From NCBI GenBank assembly GCA_002269645.1, contig NIVC01000601.1:20590-84589 (forward strand): 64,000 nt of DNA. Direction: 5' to 3'. Below are positions 49,801 through 61,600 of the stretch, one piece after another. Each line of letters begins with the position of its first letter. Within the stretch, counting starts at the first letter, position 1. A program made the position numbers and the translations under genes. The DNA is from Macrostomum lignano (Eukaryota). Under the pieces are notes generated by a model. The model was given only the letters and a program-made list of their open reading frames with translations, searched no databases and was not told the DNA's origin.

Positions 49801-51146
49801 TCTGTACCCATTTGCCCGAGTCGCAGTTCTGTTATTCGCTAGTGGTGGAACAACTGAGTTCACTGTGCAAAATATAATATGAGTCGTGCTGCGAGCAGTA
49901 GAGCTCAGCTGCAAGGTCTGGCAGACCCCCCAACCGGGTCGATAATAACACTGCAAATTCCTCTCGATTGCCCACGCTTGTTTTATAAGCGACTCTCAGA
50001 TGGCCAGAGTTCAATGCCTTTGGAATGTATGCACTCCTCCTCAAAACGACAGATTTCGTTACCCTCTGTTTGACTGTTGAGTGCCAATAGCGTTGGCTGG
50101 CGTGCACCGCATGGCTGACAGTGCAGTGGAGCACGAAAAATCCCACTAAATTTTTCTGCTTTTAGCTTGGTGGATAAAGCCGCGTCTAAACTGCCTTTTT
50201 GGCTTTATTTGTAATGGATTATTTGTTGTTGAAAACCAATTAAAATAGGCACCATACTCATATTGCCGCAGTCAACAGCTGGCAGTTCTGGCATAGAAAT
50301 AGTACGAAATTTGCACGCGACAGAGAAGAGTTCTAAGGTCACAAGCGCTGGAGTTTGGGGGGGGCTTAGTGGAAGACAGGCTTCTGTGTGGGAGGTGGGT
50401 GTGGTTGCTGGGGAGAAGGAAAGGGAAACCAGGTTGGTCTGATCCGGCGCAAACTGGCTCACTGCAGACTTGGGTGTAGGCCGCAGTCTGCTGGTTGGTT
50501 GGGTTGGCAAGCCAGGCATTGGACCGTGGCAGAGGCTTATATGTCAAGGATGTGCTCCCGTTCCGCTAGTCTGAGTTCCCCCCCACAGACACAACAATCA
50601 GAAATTGAGTTTGTGTCTCAGAAAGACTCCAGCTCAAGCATCGTTTAGCCCTGCTATTGATTTGCGTAACTATTTGTTTAGCAATACCAGCTCTGCATTC
50701 TGGGTAAGGATTGTTATTATTTTACATTTTTATTATTTATTCCATATCTTTGAGTCTGACTTCCTGCGTGATATGTGAGTGCATGTATTAATATGCTTGC
50801 ATTTTTGTCCAAGCGCTATTCATATTCCATAATTTGGGGTCTGTGATAGAAGGAACGTAAGAGGTCAGCTACGAATACTTTGTTGTTTGGGCGAGTTTCC
50901 AATCCGATTGATGCTAAATTTAGAAGTCCTTGCCACGGATCTCGTCCCTCCCCTTCCCCTTCCCCCTGCCTCTGTGCGGAGCAGTCGGTTTAAACTAGTT
51001 TATCCGTCCGTCGCGCAGGGCCTCTCCTACTTATGTGTACTTTTACTCTCTCTCCATATAGCTGCCCCAGACTCTTCGGTACAACCTCGATACGCATCTG
51101 CCTGACAGAAATTGGCCGATTCGGGATACACTTCCTGCTCAAAGGA

Positions 51147-54100
51147 ATGATCAGCTCGGATGCCTGCATCAGCAGCAACTCCGGCTGCGACAGCGCATCA
51201 AGCGAGCTGCTTGCTATCCTGGATTTGCCTGACGATAACAGCCTGATCTCTTCTGCATCGGCTCCAGCATCTCCTCTGCCTCATCATCTGCCGCAAACTC
51301 AGCAGCCCCAGCAGCAGCAGCTCAATACCGACTCTGCGGCAACTCGAGCTGTCGAGATCTGCGCCGTCTGCAGTGACACCGCCAGCGGGGTTCACTACGG
51401 TGTGCCCGCCTGTGAGGGCTGCAAGGTGAGAGGGAGAGTGAGAAGGAGAGTCTTAGGGAGAGTCTTAGGGAGAATGAGAGGGGGAGTCTTAGGGAGAATG
51501 AGAGGGAGATTCTTAGGGAGAGTGAGATGGAGAATGAGAGGGAGAGTCATAGGGAGAGTGAGAGGGAGATTAAGAGAGGAAGAAGAGAGGAAGAAGAGGG
51601 AGAGAGGAAGAAGGAGAGGGAGAGGGGAAGAAGGAGAGGGAGAGGGGAAGGAGAGGGAGAGGAATAAGGAGAGGGAGAGGGGAAGAAGAGGGAGAGGGGA
51701 AGGAGAGGGAGAGGAGAAGGAGAGGGAGAGGAGAAGGAGAGAGAGGAAGGAGAGGGAGAGGGGAATGAGAGGGAGAGAGCAAAGAGGACAACCCATAGAC
51801 GGAGACACAGCGGACTGGTCTCAGGCAGGATCCTCGGCATTCCGCTCCCGCCCCAGGGCTTCTTCCGCCGCGTGTGGTCTCCGGGTACGCCGGGGCGCCC
51901 TGCGGCCACTCGGAGGCGCCACTGGCGATCTCGCCGGCCACCCGCAACGCCTGCCAGTGGTGCCGCCTGAAGAAGTGCTGCGCGGTCAACATGGGCCGAC
52001 GCCGCTCCAAGCTTGGGCGCCGGTCGAAGCGCTGCGACACGGCGGCCGCCACCGCCAAATCGACTGGCCGAATTGAGGCGGCGGGCATCGGCGACCAGCA
52101 GCTGCTGGCCTACCTCGTACAGGCCCGGCACGACTTCGAGACCATCCGTATCAAGCGGAGCTGCTACCGCCGGGCGGACAAGGCAGCGGCGGCAGCAGCA
52201 GCCAATCCGCCCCCTCCTCCCCTGATTCCGTCGACTCTGCCGCCGTCCCCGCTGCCTGCGCTGCCGCTGCCGCCGCTGCCGCCGCTGCCGCCACCGCCGT
52301 TGCCAATGCCGCCGCCGCCGCCGCCGCCGCCACCGCCACCGCCGCCGCAGCAACAGAAACAGCAGCGGCAGGCCAGCGTGCGGCTCTTTAGCCGGCACCG
52401 GCGAATTCTGCAGCTGCGCCAGTCGCGAGCGCCGCCTAAAAAGTCCCGCCGTCCGGGCTGCCTGCTGTGGGACCCGCCGGCTGTCTGCGGCCTCTCCCAG
52501 CAGCTGCTGCTGCGCCTGGCCGGCCCTCTGGCCGACCGCCTGACCACCGAGACTGCCGGCTGCCTGCCGGCCACGCAGCTCGTCCTGTCAACTGTGGACG
52601 AGTTCTCGGCCGCCTGGGAGGCCGACTTCAATCTGGCGGCCGCCGGCAATGGCGGGTTCTCGGCAGCTGCGGCCTCGGCCACCGCGGCGCTGACCGACGA
52701 TGCCAGCCTGCTGCTGCGCTGCCACTGGCGCTGCCGGCCGCTGCGAGGCTGAGTGCCGCCGACCACCAGACCATCGTGTCGGTGAGCGGTCTTAGAAAAT
52801 CTCTGAAGGCTGGCTTCACGCCATAGGTTTTAGAAGTAACGCTTTATCTGCTTCTGCTGAAAGAACCATCGCTTTGTTTTTGCGTACAGCCGGCCTTCAA
52901 TTTTTCTAAGAAACCTAAAGTGTATAAAAAAGCAACTCACAACGACTGATGATTCATGCCTGTTAGCGTGCCGCCACTGCACTTGGTTTCCTCCGCTGTG
53001 TTGACTCCGCTATTCAAGGTCAATAAATTCTTGTTACATGGGAAGGCCAAACAATGGATTATTGATCCTCCGTTATAAAATTTAGCATCGCATACATTTA
53101 GTCTACTTACAAGTAGGATAGCTCGCATTTCCTGTGTTTTATTTGTTGGGGGTTGAGAAAAAATATTTGGAAAATTTCAAGTTGAGCTGGTCTCCAGTAA
53201 TTTTGTTTCAATTTGACTTCGCCGAGCCTTCTTTCTTGACGTCACGTTTCCACTGCCAAAAATTAGGGCAGTCTAAAGATGGTAATTTCTCCTCGCTCAA
53301 AATTGGCTTCGTTTATTCGTTCAAGTTTTTGGGATTTTTTGATGAAAAGCGATTTAAAAAATAATAAAACCCCTTTTTAGATTTAATTAGATTTTTTAAA
53401 AAAGCCGAAACCGTCACCATCATTTGATAGAATTGCGTGAAATCGACTTTCACTCATCTGTTCGCTCCATTCAACCACAGCTACATTAGTCTGCTTTTAT
53501 TTTAAAAAGTCTTAGATGCCCCACCACCCCTCGCCTGTGTCCTAAAATAGTCATTTGAAACACGTTACGTCCATCACCCCACCACCCTAATAAAATCATT
53601 TGACACCTCATTACCATTCACTCGTGCCCTAGACAGTCGTTTAAACCCCACCACCCCATTCCTCCATGGCCTAGACAGTTGTTTAAACCCCACCACCCCA
53701 TTCCTCCATGCTCTAGACAGTCGTTTAAACCCCACCACCCCATTCCTCCATGCTCTAGACAGTCGTTTAAACCCCACCACCCCATTCCTCCATGGCCTAG
53801 ACAGTTGTTTAAAACCCCACCACCCCATTCCTCCATGCTCTAGACAGTCGTTTAAACCCCACCACCCCATTCCTCCATGGCCTAGACAGTTGTTTAAAAC
53901 CCCACCACCCCATTCCTCCATGCTCTAGACAGTTTGGTGAAACCCCACCACCCCATTCCTCCATGCTCTAGACAGTTGTGTAAAACCTCACCACCCCATT
54001 CCTCCATGCCCTAGACAGTTTGGTAAAACCCCACCACCCCATTCCTCCATGCTCTAGACAGTTTGGTGAAACCCCACCACCCCATTCCTCCATGCTCTAG

Positions 54101-57100
54101 ACAGTTGCGTAAAACCCCACCATCCCATTCCTCCATACCCTAGACAGTTGTGTAAAAGCACACCACCCCATTCCTCCATGCCCTAGACAGTTTGGTAAAA
54201 CCCCACCACCCCATTCCTCCATGCCCTAGACAGTTTGGTGAAACCCCACCACCCCATTCCTCCATGCCCTAGACAGTTTGGTAAAACCCCACCACCCCAT
54301 TCCTCCATGCCCTAGACAGTTTGGTAAAACCCCACCACCCCATTCCTCCATGCTCTAGACAGTTGTTTAAAACCCCACCACCCCATTCCTCCATGCCCTA
54401 GACAGTTGTCTAAAAACCCACCACCCCATTCCTCCATGCTCTAGACAGTTTGGTAAAACCCCACCACCCCATTCCTCCATGCTCTAGACTGGTGTAAAAC
54501 CCCACCACCCCATTCCTCCATGCTCTAGACAGTTGTGTAAAACCCCACCACCCCATTCCTCCATACCCTAGACAGTTGTGTAAAAGCACACCACCCCATT
54601 CCTCCATGCTCTAGACAGTTGTGTAAAACCCCCACCACCCCATTCCTCCATACCCTAGACAGTTGTGTAAAAGCACACCACCCCATTCCTCCATGCTCTA
54701 GACAGTTGTGTAAAACCCCATCACCCCATTCCCCCGTGCCCTTAATAATCATGTGACGCACCGTTGCTAAAAATACTTACAGATGCTCATGGCAGACTTA
54801 CTACACTATAGGTACATACATGATGCATGACAGAGAGCACACTGTATATATGAATAACTTCACACATTCTACAGCAGCTGCCCGAACCGCAGTGGTATCA
54901 GGAGCCGGAGATTCTAGCCAGCCTCGCTGCCATCACGCCTCGCCTGTTGTCACGGGTGCTCGCCTTCAGCACCTGCATTTTCGGTGGCAGCTCCGCGTCA
55001 GTTGCGAACACTTGCGCCGACCACTCTGTAACCGTCAGCTGCGCCGAGGCGCTGACGCTGGCTGATAAGCGCGAGCTGCTGACTCGTCACAGTCCGCGCG
55101 TCATCGCTATGCACTGCTGCGCCTCGCTAGTCAGGAGATCCGACGACTGCGTACTCGATCCGTGCGGCTCCTACCGGCTGTCAAGGTTGGCTTGGCCGTT
55201 GAGCACTGCTTTATTGTACCCGGGCATCACGTGACCCCGGGATCCCTTTCAGCTATACCAGGACACTGTAAAGTCCAGCATTAGTGTACATCGGCATGCT
55301 GCTTTTTGCTAGATATCCCGTGACTCATAGTGTCCCTTTGAATGTACTTTTAACTCCAACCCTCCTCAGACATCACGTGACTCAGTTTTTTTAACTGTAC
55401 ACCTACCTCAATACCCGTCTCACCTTCACAGGGGCTTTCTGCAGTATTCGAGCCACCCTCTGCTTCGCAACCTGTTCCTGGGCCTGCTGAACAATGTGTC
55501 GGCGGAGTGGGATGCGCTTCGGATCACGGAAGCGGAGCTGGCGTTTATGTCCGCACTGTGCTTGACATCGCCCTGTGAGCTGAGATGCTTACTTTGTCTG
55601 ACTTTCATTTGCGGCTGGTGTGCACGAAAATTGGCCGGGGAGGGGGGGGTTGTGCGATTCACAGCCATGAGGGCCAGCCCCAAGCTACAGAGAGTGTACA
55701 TGCCTAAAGATTCGAGAGTCAGGGCCTCCGTACACCATGTGTGAGCGTGTGTATGATTACTGTATTGGCGCGCTTGTGTGTTCTCGGGAGTCAGTGGGAT
55801 GGGCAGAATTGCATCCGGTGCTGGTTGCAGAACGATGTCACGCCAGGGTGGCCACAGCTCTCCTAGAGGGCTAAAATAGGTGGGTAGGATAGATGGGGTA
55901 GGATAGATCGGGTAGGATAGATCGGGTAGGATAGATTGGGTAGGATAGATGGGGTAGGATAGATTGGTTAGGATAGATGGGGTAGGATAGATGGGGTAGG
56001 ATAGATGGGGTAGGATAGATGGGGTAGGATAGATTGGGTAGGATAGATGGGGTAGGATAGATGGGGTAGGATAGATTGGGTAGGATAGATGGGGTAGGAT
56101 AGATTGGGTAGGATAGATGGGGTAGGATAGATTGGGTAGGATAGATGGGGTAGGATAGATCGGGTAGGATAGATGGGTAGGATAGATTGGGTAGGATAGA
56201 TGGGGTAGGATAGATTGGGTAGGATAGATGGGGTAGGATAGATGGGGTATGATAGATGGGTAGGATAGATTGGGTAGGATAGATTGGGTAGGATAGATGG
56301 GGTAGGATAAATGGGTAGAATAGATGGGTAGGATAGATGGGGTAGGATAGATGGGGTAGGATAGATCGGGTAGGATAGATGGGGTAGGATAGATGGGTAG
56401 GTTAGATGGGGTAGGATAGATGGGGTAGGATAGATGGGTAGGTTAGATGGGGTAGGATAGATCGGGTAGGATAGATGGGGTAGGATAGATGGGGTAGGAT
56501 AGATCGGGTAGGAAAGCAATCCTTTATCCAATCGCCCATCCCCCCAAAACCCCCGCAGTCCTGGGCATCCAGGAGCCGCAGTCAACATTCGAAGACGCAG
56601 ACGCAGTGGTCAGCGTGCACATGTCAATCATCGGCCTGTTCTGGTGCCACCTGCGCTCTGAGGAGATGCGCAGAAGCGGCCTCACTGGGGACCGCCTGCT
56701 GATGGAGCCGGAGTTGAATGCTGCGGTGCGCTTGTCAGGTAATGATTACTGCAGCAGCTAATATATATGCATGGTTATGATTACTGCAGCTAATATATAT
56801 GCATGGTAATGATTACTGCAGCTAATATATATATATGCATGGTAATGATTACTGCAGCTAATGTATATGCATGGTGTACATATATGCAGATTACTGTACC
56901 ACAATATATGCATGGTTAACGTACTTGATTTTTTTACTCTTTTAAGTTATATCTTAGCATTGCTTTTAGTAGCTAGAAAACTCGATTTTATCTGTTATTA
57001 AGACTCAAGAATAAAAGCTGTTCTTAAACCCAAATCTCATCAACATATGTGCACATATGCCCATACTAATGCTGAGAGGCTCTAGCGCCCTCACCTTCCT

Positions 57101-57693
57101 TTCATGGCTATGCGCGAATTCGGAAATTACACCCTCGGGGAGGGGATAATCGTAATTAGAAATTCAAGCACGCGCTTAATCAGGCAGAGAGCTCCGCCTC
57201 AATCTGCTCGTTTGACTTCTTTCCCTCCCTGATCATCTCTCGCTGACCGCCTGGTCAAGCAGTGTGGCGGGACTTCCTGATCCTCTCTGGCAAAATGAAA
57301 TTTTCAGACAAAAGAATTACTTTCTTCAGCTGCCTGATTGGAATCTGGCTTTGTATTCGGGGGGGGGGGAGGGGAATTAGAGTTGCTTGTTAAAGAAAAC
57401 AATCAAGAGGACGTTCCAAAAATTTTTACGATTTTAATTTTCTTTTTCATGATAATTTTACAGATATTAGCAAGTGTATAATATACGATCATATTGGACT
57501 GTCTGAATGTACATTCGCGCAGTGTACATCACGCGCTCTGACGCCCGCCTCACGCCTTGCCTCTCCGCAACCCTCCCCCCAGACAGCCACCTCACTCCGC
57601 CCGTCCGCTAGAATGTACAGGAACGAATGTACATTACCCAGCAGCCCAAGCTCTATCCCTCTGATCTGGCACGCCCCGAAGCTTAAAGTCTGA
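51147..57693 (+). CDS. Nuclear receptor, NR1 subfamily-like (E75/E78/Rev-erb/ROR group); exons 51147-51425, 51857-52781 (two -1 frameshifts), possible mini-exon 54783-54811, 54875-55185, 55432-55574, 56559-56738, 57587-57693
   Basis: DBD CAVCSDTASGVHYGVPACEGCK|GFFRR...RNACQWCRLKKC...MGRRRSKLGRRSK. LBD-like motifs LTLADKRELL, LRITEAELAFMSALCLTSP, DAVVSVHMSIIGLFWCHL, LRPSARMYRNEC. Junction phases are compatible except for the mini-exon. Confidence 0.85.
53570..54735. repeat. ~43-bp C-rich intronic minisatellite (aaaaccccaccaccccattcctccatgctctagacagttgtgt)
   Basis: Direct tandem array. Confidence 0.96.
55640..55870 (+). mobile_element. Headless SINE fragment sharing the family-2 core
   Basis: gtgtacatgcctaaa...cagggcc..cgtacaccatgtgtgagcgtgtgtatga...gcgcgcttgtgtg aligns with the 32.8 kb and 25.8 kb copies. 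Confidence 0.6.
55878..56512. repeat. 14-15-bp G-rich intronic minisatellite (ggtaggatagatggg)
   Basis: Direct tandem array. Confidence 0.96.
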
Positions 57694-58604
57694 AAGAGAG
57701 GAAAGCCTGAGTCATCAGGCTCCATAGGCTTAGTTGAGCAGATTCAACATTGCCCCACTGCCACTCCCGCAGCTCTGACCAGAATTCTGCGCCTCCATTC
57801 TGTGCTGAACAAACTGACCGCCTTCGACGGCAGCGCGCACTGGGAGTCGCCCGAGCTACGCGACGGGATCCGCCGGACAATTGAACGATTCGAATTGGCG
57901 CCAAACACGTTTTAAACGAGCTGAAAAGAACAATTTGCTTTGCTCGCATAGATTCAAACTTGAACTGAAAACATAACTGAATTCTTTCTCTATCATTTTT
58001 CTCTCAAATAATTTGACTATTTTCTTTAGATCTCTGTATTGCTATTACTTTTCTCTTCAAATTTATTTATTTTTCAGAGTACTATAACTGAGATCTATCG
58101 GCTTGTAAATTTTCTTTTTTCTGGGCTGTGAACTGGCCAACCCCCCACCGATGAACTCCGTCTGTCTTTGCCCAAATTTTCTACTTCACAACAAGCGACT
58201 TGCTGGATCGGTCAAAGCAGAGCTTAATTGTTCTTCTGAATGAGAAGTAACACATTGAAATCAAGCACCGAAACAGAACAAACAAATAACACACAGCACC
58301 GACCCAGCAAGCAGGGAATCTGAAACACATTTCCTTCATTCTGTCTGCACCACATATTGCTTAAGTTGTATCCAAGGCGACTGTCACGCAATCATATAAA
58401 AATATAAACTTGGTGCGTCATTAATCTGCAGTTCCCCGTGAAAACGGAATGTCACGGAATGTTTTCGGCTGCCTGCAGAAAATCTGAGACGAGGTGAAAA
58501 AGTACTTTAAAAAAGGTTTCTTGCGTATAGGTCTATTATGAATAAGAATCAATATCGCATTCACTGATGCCATTTCGAGTGCAGAAAAAGTAGTGACTCT
58601 ACTA

Positions 58605-61600
58605 TTTCTGATTTCCTGCCAGAGTCCCGCTGTAGCTGATCTCCTGCGCGAATCCCGCTGTAGCTGACCTGCCAGAGTCCCGCTGTAGCTGATCTTCTGC
58701 CAGAGTCCCGCTGTAGCTGATCTCCTGCCAGAGTCCCGCTGTAGCTGATCTCCTGCCAGAGTCCCGCTGTAGCTGATCTTCTGCCATAGTCCCGCTGTAG
58801 CTGATCTCCTGCCAGAGTCCCGCTGTAGCTGATCTTCTGCCAGAGTCCCGCTGTAGCTGATCTCCTGCCAGAGTCCCGCTGTAGCTGATCTCCTGCCAGA
58901 GTCCCGCTGTAGCTGATCTTCTGCCAGAGTCCCGCTGTAGCTGATCTCCTGCCAGAGTCCCGCTGTAGCTGATCTTCTGCCAGAGTCCCGCTGTAGCTGA
59001 TCTCCTGCCAGAGTCCCGCTGTAGCTGATCTCCTGCCAGAGTCCCGCTGTAGCTGATCTCCTGCCAGAGTCCCGCTGTAGCTGACCTGCCAGAGTCCCGC
59101 TGTAGCTGATCTCCTGCCAGAGTCCCGCTGTAGCTGATCTCCTGCCAGAGTCCCGCTGTAGCTGATCTTCTGCCAGAGTCCCGCTGTAGCTGACCTGCCA
59201 GAGTCCCGCTGTAGCTGACCTGCCAGAGTCCCGCTGTAGCTGACCTGCCAGAGTCCCGCTGTAGCTGACCTGCCAGAGTCCCGCTGTAGCTGATCTTCTG
59301 CCAGAGTCCCGCTGTAGCTGACCTCCTGCCAGAGTCCCGCTGTAGCTGACCTGCCAGAGTCCCGCTGTAGCTGACCTGCCAGAGTCCCGCTGTAGCTGAT
59401 ATCCTGCCGCCAGAGTCCCGCTGTAGCTGATATCCTGCCGCCAGAGTCCCGCTGTAGCTGATATCCTGCCGCCAGAGTCCCGCTGTAGCTGATCTCCTGC
59501 CAGAGTCCCGCTGTAGCTGATCTCCTGCCAGAGTCCCGCTGTAGCTGATCTCCTGCCAGAGTCCCGCTGTAGCTGATCTCCTGCCAGAGTCCCGCTGTAG
59601 CTGATCTCCTGCCAGAGTCCCGCTGTAGCTGATCTCCTGCCAGAGTCCCGCTGTAGCTGATCTTCTGCCAGAGTCCCGCTGTAGCTGACCTGCCAGAGTC
59701 CCGCTGTAGCTGATCTCCTGCCAGAGTCCCGCTGTAGCTGATCTCCTGCCAGAGTCCCGCTGTAGCTGATCTCCTGCCAGAGTCCCGCTGTAGCTGACCT
59801 GCCAGAGTCCCGCTGTAGCTGACCTGCCAGAGTCCCGCTGTAGCTGACCTGCCAGAGTCCCGCTGTAGCTGACCTGCCAGAGTCCCGCTGTAGCTGATAT
59901 CCTGCCGCCAGAGTCCCGCTGTAGCTGATATCCTGCCGCCAGAGTCCCGCTGTAGCTGATCTCCTGCCAGAGTCCCGCTGTAGCTGATATCCTGCCGCCA
60001 GAGTCCCGCTGTAGCTGATCTCCTGCCAGAGTCCCGCTGTAGCTGATCTCCTGCCAGAGTCCCGCTGTAGCTGATCTCCTGCCAGAGTCCCGCTGTAGCT
60101 GATCTCCTGCCAGAGTCCCGCTGTAGCTGATCTTCTGCCAGAGTCCCGCTGTAGCTGATCTCCTGCCAGAGTCCCGCTGTAGCTGATCTCCTGCCAGAGT
60201 CCCGCTGTAGCTGATCTCCTGCCAGAGTCCCGCTGTAGCTGATCTTCTGCCAGAGTCCCGCTGTAGCTGATCTCCTGCCAGAGTCCCTCTGTAGCTGATC
60301 TCCTGCCAGAGTCCCGCTGTAGCTGATCTTCTGCCAGAGTCCCGCTGTAGCTGATCTCCTGCCAGAGTCCCGCTGTACCTGACCTGCCAGAGTCCCGCTG
60401 TAGCTGATCTTCTGCCAGAGTCCCGCTGTAGCTGATCTCCTGCCAGAGTCCCGCTGTAGCTGATCTCTGCCATAGTCCCGCTGTAGCTGATCTCCTGCCA
60501 GAGTCCCGCTGTAGCTGATCTCTGCCAGAGTCCCGCTGTAGCTGATCTCCTGCCAGAGTCCCGCTGTAGCTGATCTCCTGCCAGAGTCCCGCTGTAGCTG
60601 ATCTTCTGCCAGAGTCCCGCTGTAGCTGACCTGCCAGAGTCCCGCTGTAGCTGACCTGCCAGAGTCCCGCTGTAGCTGACCTGCCAGAGTCCCGCTGTAG
60701 CTGACCTGCCAGAGTCCCGCTGTAGCTGACCTGCCAGAGTCCCGCTGTAGCTGACCTCCTGCCAGAGTCCCGCTGTAGCTGACCTGCCAGAGTCCCGCTG
60801 TAGCTGACCTGCCAGAGTCCCGCTGTAGCTGATATCCTGCCGCCAGAGTCCCGCTGTAGCTGATATCCTGCCGCCAGAGTCCCGCTGTAGCTGATCTCCT
60901 GCCAGAGTCCCGCTGTAGCTGACCTGCCGCCAGAGTCCCGCTGTAGCTGATCTCCTGCCAGAGTCCCGCTGTAGCTGATCTCCTGCCAGAGTCCCGCTGT
61001 AGCTGATCTTCTGCCAGAGTCCCGCTGTAGCTGATCTCCTGCCAGAGTCCCGCTGTAGCTGATCTCCTGCCAGAGTCCCGCTGTAGCTGATATCCTGCCA
61101 GAGTCCCGCTGTAGCTGACCTGCCAGAGTCCCGCTGTAGCTGATCTCCTGCCAGAGTCCCGCTGTAGCTGATCTCCTGCCAGAGTCCCGCTGTAGCTGAT
61201 CTCCTGCCAGAGTCCCGCTGTAGCTGATCTCCTGCCAGAGTCCCGCTGTAGCTGATCTTCTGCCAGAGTCCCGCTGTAGCTGATCTCCTGCCAGAGTCCC
61301 GCTGTAGCTGATCTCTGCCAGAGTCCCGCTGTAGCTGATCTCCTGCCAGAGTCCCGCTGTAGCTGATCTCTGCCAGAGTCCCGCTGTAGCTGATCTCCTG
61401 CCAGAGTCCCGCTGTAGCTGATCTCCTGCCAGAGTCCCGCTGTAGCTGATCTTCTGCCAGAGTCCCGCTGTAGCTGATCTCCTGCCAGAGTCCCGCTGTA
61501 GCTGACCTGCCAGAGTCCCGCTGTAGCTGATCTTCTGCCAGAGTCCCGCTGTAGCTGATCTCCTGCCAGAGTCCCGCTGTAGCTGATCTCCTGCCAGAGT

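Noticed and set aside
49850-51100. Several 60-105-aa ORFs upstream of the nuclear receptor
   Set aside because: No motifs recognised; likely intronic or UTR sequence.
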